Shown here piece after piece: positions 1-7,883 of a stretch of DNA of 64,000 bases; the first letter of the stretch is position 1; each line of letters begins with the position of its first letter. Position numbers and translations under genes: made by a program. This stretch comes from Bacillota bacterium (GTDB lineage Bacteria > Bacillota_I > Bacilli_A > RFN20 > CAG-826). The notes under the pieces are model-generated. The model was not told the DNA's origin. It saw nothing but the letters and a program-made list of their open reading frames with translations, and made no database searches. The stretch covers positions 438-64,437 of the forward strand of contig JAEWMX010000013.1 of NCBI GenBank assembly GCA_023393065.1, in the 5' to 3' direction.

Positions 1-58
1 GAATATCATTCCCACACTCAGGACATTTAGCTAAAACAGAAGCTCTTTCAGTGAACAT
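1..58 (-). CDS. N-terminal fragment of a Cys-containing (CPECG) protein; the gene continues left of the window
   Basis: Minus-strand ATG at 58-56 preceded by AAAGGAG. It reads MFTERASVLAKCPECGNDI. Only 19 codons are visible. Confidence 0.3.
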   Translation of the reverse strand, partial: MFTERASVLAKCPECGNDI

Positions 59-141
59 TATTTATCTCCTTTATATTTAAATATACTTTACCATATTACA
101 GTTAAAATCATAAATCGGGTTGTGATAACAGTTCCTCATTT

Positions 142-1707
142 TTAAATTATAACCGTGTTTTCGATACCTGAGTAATAGATGAATTTGATGGTGTTATTGT
201 GTTGGACTATCGCCTTATCAAGCAGCAAACTCCATAGTTTGCTCGAAAATTCAGTAACAACGGGTCCAGCGTTCTTGAGATTCATCGCAAACACCTCGAC
301 TCTTTTTATTGCTGCACATTTGCGTTCAACGCGATGTTCTTCAATCTTGAATCTCTCTACCAAGTCTTCATATTTTGCTGTGTATAAATCGATTTGCTCT
401 TGGCTCATGTGAGGATTCTTTTTTACAAGTTCAACGACCACTTCGATTTCGGCGTTAAGCTTAGTGGCTTCTTTTTCTGGTGTTTCATCGTTTTTCAATG
501 TCTCAACGGCTAATTTGCAATCATCTAAAACCTGAGTTCGATCTAATTGATTTAATGAGTCAAGGAACGCCTGTTTAATTTGTTCTTCTTTCAATGTTGG
601 TGTTTGACATTTTTGCTTGCTACTAAACTTGTGATTACATTGATACACAGTTTTTCGATATTTGTCGGTCGAGTGCCACACCTTCTGGCCATAAATTGCT
701 CCACAATCGCCGCATCTCACTTTGCTTGAAAACACAGTGATTCCAGAATGCTTAAACGATGGTTGCTTTCTTCTAGCGGTTTCGATTTGTACCATTTCCC
801 ATTCTTCCACGGGAATAATCGCTTCATGGGAGTCTTTAATGTAATATCTTGTGAGTTCGCCATTGTTCTTTTTTGTTTTATGGGATAAATAGTCAGTGAC
901 AAAGGTTTTCTGAAGAAGGGCATCTCCTTTATATTTTTCGTTTGAAAGGATGCTGATGATTGTTGATGCTCTCCATGTACATACTAGGTTACCGTTCTCA
1001 TCCACTTTTCTAGTCGGTGTTGGAATCCTGTCTTCTGTTAATTCTTTGGCAATTTGATGGGTTGATTTACCCTCAAGATACTCACTAAAAATTCTTCTTA
1101 CAATTTCAGCTTGTTCCTTGTTCACAATCAGTCTTCCGTTTTTCCCCTTATCGAATCCTAAAAAGCTACTATAACCAATTGAGTATTTACCATCGCTCAT
1201 TCGCTTTCTGATACCCCACGTTACGTTTTCAGAAATCGACCTAGACTCTTCTTGGGCTAAGCTGGACATAATAGTTAATAGTAATTCGCCACTTGAGTCT
1301 AAAGTGTTTATGTTTTCCTTCTCAAATATCACTCCAACGCCGATTGCTTTAAGCTTTCTAATGGTGATTATTGAATCAACTGTGTTTCGAGCAAATCTTG
1401 ATACCGATTTAGTGATGATTAGGTTTAGCTTTCCGTTTTGTGCATCCGCAATCATTTCCTGGAAGGCTTCTCGGTTTTTTGTCGATGTTCCGGATATTCC
1501 TTCATCGGCATAAACCCTTACAAGCTCCCATTGGGGGTTCTCTATGATCTTCTTTGTATAATAGCTAACTTGAGCTTCAAACGAGGTGTACTGCTCATCA
1601 CTATCTGTTGAAACGCGGGCATAGGCTGCTACTTTTATCTTGTTAGCAGCCGATAGTTGTAGTTTCGTGTCTTTGTTGATCTTTTGCGGAATAACTTCAA
1701 TTTGCAT
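142..1707 (-). CDS. Large serine recombinase (phage integrase type)
   Basis: N-terminal resolvase domain (AAYARVSTD...SVSRFARN...AQEESRSISENV), a recombinase domain and a zinc ribbon (CGDCG...YQCNHK). 521 aa. Confidence 0.9.
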   Translation of the reverse strand: MQIEVIPQKINKDTKLQLSAANKIKVAAYARVSTDSDEQYTSFEAQVSYYTKKIIENPQWELVRVYADEGISGTSTKNREAFQEMIADAQNGKLNLIITKSVSRFARNTVDSIITIRKLKAIGVGVIFEKENINTLDSSGELLLTIMSSLAQEESRSISENVTWGIRKRMSDGKYSIGYSSFLGFDKGKNGRLIVNKEQAEIVRRIFSEYLEGKSTHQIAKELTEDRIPTPTRKVDENGNLVCTWRASTIISILSNEKYKGDALLQKTFVTDYLSHKTKKNNGELTRYYIKDSHEAIIPVEEWEMVQIETARRKQPSFKHSGITVFSSKVRCGDCGAIYGQKVWHSTDKYRKTVYQCNHKFSSKQKCQTPTLKEEQIKQAFLDSLNQLDRTQVLDDCKLAVETLKNDETPEKEATKLNAEIEVVVELVKKNPHMSQEQIDLYTAKYEDLVERFKIEEHRVERKCAAIKRVEVFAMNLKNAGPVVTEFSSKLWSLLLDKAIVQHNNTIKFIYYSGIENTVII

Positions 1708-3004
1708 GGTTTGCTCCTTTCAAGCTATCTATTGCATTCTTTCTTGCCTGCTCTCTCATTTCCTTCGTCCAGGATTCTGCTCTAGATTTAAAGTTCCAAT
1801 CTTTAACAATGCATGTGCCTTTCTTAAAGTGAAACTCAACCTTTTTTCCAGGTAGTGCAATCATATAATCTACTTTGTCTAAGAATTTCTCCTTCCTAAA
1901 TTCATCAAGTCCAAGTGTCTCAGTGGCCATCCTATACAACTCAAATTCGGGTATTTGTTGATTGTGGCATTCGATACCTATGTTGTTTATTTTATTTTGG
2001 CAATGATAGTAGGCTTTTTCCTTAGTCTTTCTTCTTCTAAAATATCCACCACAATTCGCGCATCTAATAACATGAGTGAATGGATATAAGGTGGCGTTCC
2101 CTTTAGGGGCAGTTTTAAATTGTTCACTTCTAATAGACATCATCGTTTGCGCTTTTTCAAAATCTATTTTAGATATAATTCCCTGGTGATTATCCCGAAC
2201 CAGATATTGGGAATGTTCTCCGTTATTCTTTAATTTCTTTTTGGTTATGTGATTTTGACGATACGTCTTTTGTAGTAACAAATCGCCAGTGTATGTAAGG
2301 TTAGTTAGGATCTGGTCGACACTGTTAACTCGAAAGCTTTTATTGTTCAATGTTCGATAACCATGTCTATTTAAGAATTTAGCAATTTGAAGTTTTCCGT
2401 TTCCTTTTAAACATAGAGCAAAAACAAGCTTAACTACGATGGCTTCGTCGGGGATGATCGTTACTACTCTGTTTTTGATCTCATAACCTAAGGCACGATT
2501 ATGAGGTGGCTTTCCTTCCTGCATATCTTTCCTAATCTTCCATTTTATGTTCTCGCTCATCGACCTGGATTCTTCCTGAGCAAAACTAGCGTATAGCGAA
2601 AGTAACAACTCCCCTTCATAGGAAAGAGTGTGGATGTTTTGTTCCTCAAAGAAAACATCAATACCAAGATCTTTAAAAAGGCGGCTTGTAGTAAGAAGGT
2701 CGACAGTGTTGCGTGCGAATCTAGATACTGACTTAACAAGCACGATGTCAAACTTACGAGCTTTGGCATCTTCTACCATCTTTTGAAATCCAGGCCGATT
2801 AGCTTTCGTTCCGGTCAGCCCTTCATCAGAATACATGCCAGCGTATTCCCACTTAGGATTGTTCTTTATTAGCTTTGAATAATAGGCTATTTGATATACT
2901 AACGAGTTCAGCATTGATTCTTTATCAAGCGAAACACGAGCGTATGCACATACCCTCTTTCTTGGTTCAATTTTCTTCAGTGGCTCAATGATTTTAATGT
3001 TCAT
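1697..3004 (-). CDS. Large serine recombinase, second tandem copy
   Basis: CAYARVSLD...SVSRFARN...AQEESRSMSENIKW and a Cys cluster (CANCGGYF...YHCQNK). It overlaps the downstream recombinase by 11 nt. Confidence 0.9.
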   Translation of the reverse strand: MNIKIIEPLKKIEPRKRVCAYARVSLDKESMLNSLVYQIAYYSKLIKNNPKWEYAGMYSDEGLTGTKANRPGFQKMVEDAKARKFDIVLVKSVSRFARNTVDLLTTSRLFKDLGIDVFFEEQNIHTLSYEGELLLSLYASFAQEESRSMSENIKWKIRKDMQEGKPPHNRALGYEIKNRVVTIIPDEAIVVKLVFALCLKGNGKLQIAKFLNRHGYRTLNNKSFRVNSVDQILTNLTYTGDLLLQKTYRQNHITKKKLKNNGEHSQYLVRDNHQGIISKIDFEKAQTMMSIRSEQFKTAPKGNATLYPFTHVIRCANCGGYFRRRKTKEKAYYHCQNKINNIGIECHNQQIPEFELYRMATETLGLDEFRKEKFLDKVDYMIALPGKKVEFHFKKGTCIVKDWNFKSRAESWTKEMREQARKNAIDSLKGANHAN

Positions 3005-3056
3005 TTTAAATACATTTCCTTGTCACCATATTCACTCTAAAGAGTGAAACTAGCAA

Positions 3057-3227
3057 CTAAAAGGAACGAAAAATAGACTTGTTTTTAACCCCATACTTTT
3101 CAGCGACCTTTTGTTCAACTTTCTCAAAAGAACTCTGATCAATTTCCCCTTTTTTAAGCATCGTTTCAAAGACAGAAATCGATAGTAAATAACGTTCAAG
3201 ATTTCTTTCATAAGTGGTTTTTCCCAT
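3057..3227 (-). CDS. Small 56-aa protein upstream of the recombinases (possible accessory or directionality factor)
   Basis: ATG at 3227. It reads MGKTTYERNLERYLLSISVFETMLKKGEIDQSSFEKVEQKVAEKYGVKNKSIFRSF. This is the only part of track ORF 3057..3449 that is not out-of-frame over the HTH/Zn gene. Confidence 0.35.
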   Translation of the reverse strand: MGKTTYERNLERYLLSISVFETMLKKGEIDQSSFEKVEQKVAEKYGVKNKSIFRSF

Positions 3228-3594
3228 GAGATTTATTTGCACAGGAACGACTGCAAAACCTGTTATTTCTAAATGAAACTGAAGTGAACTCTTTTCTACA
3301 AAACTCACAAACACGAGACACCATTTTCTTGGGTCCAAAACGCTTGTGCCATTTATAACGACACTTGTCATCACAAAATGCCCTGGTGACTCCACCATGT
3401 TTCTTATTAGGAATTTTGATCTCTTTTCCACACATGCGGCAATAAGCATAAGCTTGTATATCTTTGTTTGATTTAATTAGATCAGCGATCGTTGAAAAAT
3501 GAATGCCAATTATCTCTGCAATTTGCCGAGTTGATTTTCCAACTCTATTTAGTTCCAAAATTTTATTTTTTTTATCAATCGTCATTCCGTGCAT
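3208..3594 (-). CDS. HTH plus double zinc-ribbon DNA-binding protein
   Basis: N-terminal HTH (NRVGKSTRQIAEIIGIHFSTIADLI) followed by CRMCGK...FCDDKC and CEFCRK...FCSRSC. RBS is AAAGGAG. Confidence 0.6.
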   Translation of the reverse strand: MHGMTIDKKNKILELNRVGKSTRQIAEIIGIHFSTIADLIKSNKDIQAYAYCRMCGKEIKIPNKKHGGVTRAFCDDKCRYKWHKRFGPKKMVSRVCEFCRKEFTSVSFRNNRFCSRSCANKSHGKNHL

Positions 3595-3604
3595 CTCCTT
3601 TCAT

Positions 3605-3637
3605 TACTACACACATCGAATGGCGATTTTTGGGGGT
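3605..3637 (-). promoter_or_regulatory. Bipartite conserved motif, copy 1 (ACCCCCAAAAA-N11-ATGTGTGTAGTA on the minus strand), just upstream of the HTH/recombinase operon
   Basis: The same 33-nt frame occurs at 32195..32227. The outer blocks are identical and the centre is variable. Confidence 0.4.
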
Positions 3638-3654
3638 GTTTTTAATATTAAAAA

Positions 3655-3692
3655 TGAAAAAAACCTCCAACGGATTATTTCATCCGTGGAGG
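3655..3692 (-). terminator. Rho-independent terminator
   Basis: Minus strand: CCTCCACGGA-tgaaataa-TCCGTTGGAGG followed by TTTTTTT. Confidence 0.6.
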
Positions 3693-3854
3693 CTGCCATC
3701 TTATAGTAGTGGCAACTGTACTCTTCCTTTTTTTGTGCCCAAGGTACCCAGCACACCACGCCCTTTACAGACTAATGGATCGGCCAGAGGTCGAGAGCAT
3801 TCATGACTGCTCACTATATAAATAGGGGAGAAATCTTAAAAATGTACACAAAAT

Positions 3855-3882
3855 TTAAAAAAGCCCTCAAATTAATGAAGGC
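3855..3882 (-). terminator. Rho-independent terminator after the holin gene
   Basis: Minus strand: GCCTTC-attaattt-GAGGGC (one G.U pair) followed by TTTTTTAAATTTT. Confidence 0.5.
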
Positions 3883-3908
3883 GGTTGTCTTTAAGGTTGA
3901 TGATTAGG

Positions 3909-4292
3909 CTAAGCGATGTGTTTTAGAGTATTAATCGTTGCTTCGATTTGTACAGTTAGCCAGGCGCTAGCGTCACCATAGTTTTTTTCTATGTATTTTA
4001 TTGTTTCGCTCGATAGTTGTGACAAGGCGATTTCCTTTGCACGATTAAGAGCCACTTCTTGAGCAGACTGATTAAATGCGCCGTTCTTCTTAAGCGCATC
4101 AACATACGTTTGAAATACGGTTTTAACAGAGTTAAGGACGATCGTTGATGCTTCAGCGATGATCTTCGCCGACTTCTCATTGTCGATTTTTGCACCAATC
4201 CACTGGATCAATTTTGTGCCTAGTAATGTGATGAGCGGGATAACAACGGCTGTAACAACGACAGAAATAATGCTAATAATAATTTCATCCAT
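3909..4292 (-). CDS. Holin-like protein (resembles the LL-H holin family)
   Basis: Single N-terminal TM (IIISIISVVVTAVVIPLITLLG) followed by a helical tail containing VFQTYVDALKK. It sits at the end of the tail module. Confidence 0.5.
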   Translation of the reverse strand: MDEIIISIISVVVTAVVIPLITLLGTKLIQWIGAKIDNEKSAKIIAEASTIVLNSVKTVFQTYVDALKKNGAFNQSAQEVALNRAKEIALSQLSSETIKYIEKNYGDASAWLTVQIEATINTLKHIA

Positions 4293-4295
4293 AGA

Positions 4296-4616
4296 TTAAA
4301 TGCCTCCTTTTCCATGTAGATGCTTATTCCGAATATGCTCTTCGAACTTAGTTGCTAAATTAGAAGTTTCGGATTCGACCTTTATAAGTCTTCCGTCTAG
4401 ATCGTTATAACGTTCCTCGAGTTTGTCGAGCGTCTTCTCGATACGATCAATTGATGACTTAATATAACCAACGTCAGAGATTAATACTCCTTCACTTTTT
4501 CCGATCTGTTTCTGATCACCACGATCATTACGTCGAAACGCTAATATCGCGAAAAATATTGATGAGATTGTTCCTAGTACACTGATGAATGCTAGGACTG
4601 TTGATGTCGTGTCCAT
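4296..4616 (-). CDS. Membrane-anchored coiled-coil protein of the lysis region
   Basis: N-terminal TM (VLAFISVLGTISSIFFAILAF) followed by a coiled coil (IDRIEKTLDKLEERYNDLDGRLIKVESE). Confidence 0.45.
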   Translation of the reverse strand: MDTTSTVLAFISVLGTISSIFFAILAFRRNDRGDQKQIGKSEGVLISDVGYIKSSIDRIEKTLDKLEERYNDLDGRLIKVESETSNLATKFEEHIRNKHLHGKGGI

Positions 4617-5221
4617 TTGTTCACTTCCTCCCTCTCTAAAAATGTTTTAAGATACTCCAAGATTTCCCTAAAATTGACCCGATGTTTTTCTAAGTTTACT
4701 TGTTTGTTTTTATATTCGATGATGAGATCTCTGTCTTTCTCGCTTAGGTAATATTCAAACCTTCCTGTCGCTTGGTAATGCTCAATTAAGGAGCGAACTC
4801 GGTAGAGGTTATAGAGCGATTTTTCATTAATAAGACCTTCAAAGCAGGCCGTAAAATACTCGACATTTACCCTTAACCAGGCAGTCAGATACTTGTCCCA
4901 ATCAATCTTAATGATCTTATAAAATTCTTCTTTAAACTCCTCGGCAATAAATTCGATATTCTCAGAAGCTAAAAGCGTATTATCCATCCATAGTAAGTAG
5001 TAATCTAAAACCCGTTTATCAAAATGAAGCGCGCGTTTAAACGGTTCTACACCGAATAGAAAGAAGTCAACTTTCTCCCGCTTTTCTAATCTGATGTCCT
5101 GGTAGTTTTTAAGAATAACGACATAGTCCTTATCGCTATCATCATTTTGTACGCCATGAATATAGGATCCACAGCGATAGATGGCGAGGACTTTCTTACC
5201 ATAAAACTTATCGGGTAACAT
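4592..5221 (-). CDS. Pol-beta superfamily nucleotidyltransferase-like protein (moron)
   Basis: G-S-x10-D-x-D motif (RCGSYIHGVQNDDSDKDYVV) followed by a helical C-terminal domain. 209 aa. Confidence 0.55.
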   Translation of the reverse strand: MLPDKFYGKKVLAIYRCGSYIHGVQNDDSDKDYVVILKNYQDIRLEKREKVDFFLFGVEPFKRALHFDKRVLDYYLLWMDNTLLASENIEFIAEEFKEEFYKIIKIDWDKYLTAWLRVNVEYFTACFEGLINEKSLYNLYRVRSLIEHYQATGRFEYYLSEKDRDLIIEYKNKQVNLEKHRVNFREILEYLKTFLEREEVNKWTRHQQS

Positions 5222-5987
5222 AGCATTTTCCTGGTAGATGCGCGGCAGAATACGGAGAAACGATCAGTCCGGATGATGTTAATTGAATCCCGACATCGTA
5301 CCAGGTGCCATTAAACTTATATTGATAAACCGCCCCACTACCGGAAGCCGCAGCAGTTGAGAAAACGACATTCCAACCCGCCACAAAAACGTTACCGAAG
5401 CCATTACTTGCGTTCCCAGAATGGATACCACTATAGGTAAAGAACCGGCCACTAACGCTACTGTACGTTCCTTGATAGGCTGGACCATATTGACTATTGA
5501 TACTTGCTCGTTGTGCGAGGTCACGATCTTCTGCGAGGAAGTCAGGACTATGAATTTTAGGAGCATCGTAATTACCGTCCAGGGTGAGTGATGACGCGGT
5601 TTTTGTGTATCGGGCTACTGGTAGTTCATAAATGAGACCACCAAGCTGAAGGTTTTCTTGGATTAGGGAAGGATAACCGGATGGCGTCTCCTTCTTCTCA
5701 AGTGAAACGGTATTGTTTCCAAGATCAAAACAAATGACGACATAGCCATAAGCATTACCATCAAGCGCAACTGCGATTTTAGTATTCGATTCAACATAAA
5801 CGCGACGTCCATAAACCTGCACGTATCCGCTTGAAAGAATAAGATAGTTATTGCTCGTCGTTACATTCACGTTCCCGCCAAGTCCATAGATCCTGCCGTT
5901 GAGGTTTGATGCCATGAAGTGATTACAGTCAGCATCTTGTTTAGATGATACTGAGGCGGAGTCAAAAGTGATTTTTATTAAGGCCAT
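5208..5987 (-). CDS. Putative tail tip / receptor-binding protein
   Basis: Last structural ORF after the baseplate genes. It is Gly/Ser/Tyr-rich and looks beta-rich. No enzymatic motif was seen. Confidence 0.4.
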   Translation of the reverse strand: MALIKITFDSASVSSKQDADCNHFMASNLNGRIYGLGGNVNVTTSNNYLILSSGYVQVYGRRVYVESNTKIAVALDGNAYGYVVICFDLGNNTVSLEKKETPSGYPSLIQENLQLGGLIYELPVARYTKTASSLTLDGNYDAPKIHSPDFLAEDRDLAQRASINSQYGPAYQGTYSSVSGRFFTYSGIHSGNASNGFGNVFVAGWNVVFSTAAASGSGAVYQYKFNGTWYDVGIQLTSSGLIVSPYSAAHLPGKCYVTR

Positions 5988-5988
5988 G

Positions 5989-7050
5989 TTAGGTCCCCCT
6001 TCGGTTGATTAATTTAAGTTTGTCAGTGAGCGAAATACGGTGTTCTCCAAGCGTGATTGTGCCTTGCCTAAAAGTCCCCTTGTAGACCATTTTTGTGACA
6101 ATCGTTTCATAGGTTTTCTTCGGTGTGACAAAGCTCACAAACGTGCCAACCGATAGTTCGCTCAAAGCCTCAATTTTGTTTGCTAGGAACGAAAAATCAA
6201 ACGTTATATTGTGTTCTAAAGATGAATCAATAAGCGCGGAGGTCGCTTTTGTTAATAATGATGAATAATCACTGTCTGCATAAAACTCGCATTTAAAGCT
6301 CACTTTTTCGATTCGTTTTAACGAGCTAGCATTCGTGCTTATCGTTCCATCATTCAAAAGATAATAAGAAACGACACTCGTCCGGAGAACGTTATCAGAC
6401 TTTGGATAAAAGATAATCTTATTTAAGGCATTAGCATTCGTGTCTGAAATAACTAGATTTGAAATGGTTCCTAAATCGCTTTTTATCGTTAAACCCTTAG
6501 TCACCGCCACTACCCTGATTTTGATATTTGAAATGACCCCATTAACGATGATCAACTCATAGGCTAGTCGTATACCATAGGTCTTTGAAAACTCCTCGAC
6601 TAATTTAAGAATGTTTACTTTTTTATCCGCTTCGTAACTGAGGGTTCCTGTTTTATTGATCATTATTTCAGTTAGCAGATAGGATAAATTCTGTTTAGCA
6701 TCCAAACTCGAACGAAAATGCGTATTAATGAGATTGATGAGGAATTGTGAAATGTTTCCAGTGTAGGAATAAACCGGGACCTCAACGTCAAATTTAGATA
6801 GAAAATCCTTCGTTGATAATTTGATGTATCGCTCATCAATCTTCTCGATTGAAGTAATAATTCCAATATAGAAGTAATCGGACTCTCTTACAACAAGGTA
6901 ATCGCCAACATCCGCATTGAGGCTTTCCTTATTAACATGAAAAGTTGATGACTGCGGGACAAGGGCGTCGAGGACGATTTCAAAATCATCACTAGCAAAG
7001 GCATAATCAATCACCTTTAAAGTTTGCTCATTCAAAAATACAATTTGCAT
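5989..7050 (-). CDS. Tail-associated (Tal-like) baseplate protein
   Basis: It follows the Dit-like gene. ATG at 7050 sits behind AGGAGG, and the track start at 7098 would overlap the upstream gene. Confidence 0.5.
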   Translation of the reverse strand: MQIVFLNEQTLKVIDYAFASDDFEIVLDALVPQSSTFHVNKESLNADVGDYLVVRESDYFYIGIITSIEKIDERYIKLSTKDFLSKFDVEVPVYSYTGNISQFLINLINTHFRSSLDAKQNLSYLLTEIMINKTGTLSYEADKKVNILKLVEEFSKTYGIRLAYELIIVNGVISNIKIRVVAVTKGLTIKSDLGTISNLVISDTNANALNKIIFYPKSDNVLRTSVVSYYLLNDGTISTNASSLKRIEKVSFKCEFYADSDYSSLLTKATSALIDSSLEHNITFDFSFLANKIEALSELSVGTFVSFVTPKKTYETIVTKMVYKGTFRQGTITLGEHRISLTDKLKLINRRGT

Positions 7051-7058
7051 AGATCCTC

Positions 7059-7883
7059 CTAATGAGCGATGTACTCTTCCCGAAAAGTAACGTCGCAAGT
7101 ACTGGGCTCTCGCACTCCTGGATCAAAAAAGATCTCACTTATTCCCGGAGGAAGGTAAAGAAAGTTATCATATGAAAAATCTTGATATTGGTAGATGTCA
7201 GTTACTTCACCATTTATCGTTCTTTTAATATATTGATCGATTGGATCAGATGAGACCTCAATCACAGGATTTTCTCTTTCATCAACGAGCAAGCGAAGAG
7301 CGTTCACTACTTCTCCGTTTTGACGAATAATCAAACGTGGATTAAAGACGTTACCAGTAATTTTGATTTTAAGCGGGATGTTTTTGACACACTCGTTAGC
7401 CACATTCACTTTTCCATTAAATGAAATCGAATAGACATGTGTAAATCGATAAGGATAAGTTTTGCCCTCATCGGATTGGACGACATTAATTGTGGTCGAT
7501 TTATCAATGAGCCAAAACGTTAAACATTCTATTTGAACACTACTCCGAATAATGCCTGATTCTATCTGCCCTTTTGTTGTTGAGCGGATATTTACATAGC
7601 AATATTTCAAACCATCCGCCAGGTAATAAAGGCGTAGTTCTTTACTCTTAGTCACATAGTCTCGCCACTTAGTAAAACCCTCATAGCCTTCAAGAAAAAT
7701 TAAAGTCAAGTTGATGACTCTTTGCTGCATTTTCCGTTTGTTTTCGACAAATTTATCTGCAAAATCCTGATATTCAATATCAAAATCAAAGCCAAGACCA
7801 TCAAGCGCTTCGATAAGTGTATTGTTTTTATAATCTAAAAAATAGGTGGTGCCTACTTCGTTAACCAAATATAGTTTACGCAT
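7059..7883 (-). CDS. Distal tail protein (Dit-like)
   Basis: Immediately downstream of the tape measure, with start/stop abutting at 7883. 274 aa, the usual size and position. Confidence 0.6.
   Translation of the reverse strand: MRKLYLVNEVGTTYFLDYKNNTLIEALDGLGFDFDIEYQDFADKFVENKRKMQQRVINLTLIFLEGYEGFTKWRDYVTKSKELRLYYLADGLKYCYVNIRSTTKGQIESGIIRSSVQIECLTFWLIDKSTTINVVQSDEGKTYPYRFTHVYSISFNGKVNVANECVKNIPLKIKITGNVFNPRLIIRQNGEVVNALRLLVDERENPVIEVSSDPIDQYIKRTINGEVTDIYQYQDFSYDNFLYLPPGISEIFFDPGVREPSTCDVTFREEYIAH

Noticed and set aside
3057-3449. 130-aa track ORF overlapping the HTH/zinc-ribbon gene.
   Set aside because: Its N-terminal two-thirds lie out of frame over the better-supported 3208..3594 CDS and look non-protein-like. 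Only the C-terminal 56 aa from ATG 3227 were kept, at low confidence.
3608-3720. Small minus-strand ORF ending in PPKIAIRCV, similar to the C-terminus PPKNDTKCV of ORF 32197..32763.
   Set aside because: The ORF runs straight through a terminator hairpin and U-tract and has no RBS. The similarity is better explained by the shared DNA motif.
3492-3806. Plus-strand ORFs of 104 aa and 67 aa in the holin-recombinase gap.
   Set aside because: They are the only plus-strand candidates in a 43-kb minus-strand element. They span terminators and the antisense of a real gene, and their sequence is low quality.
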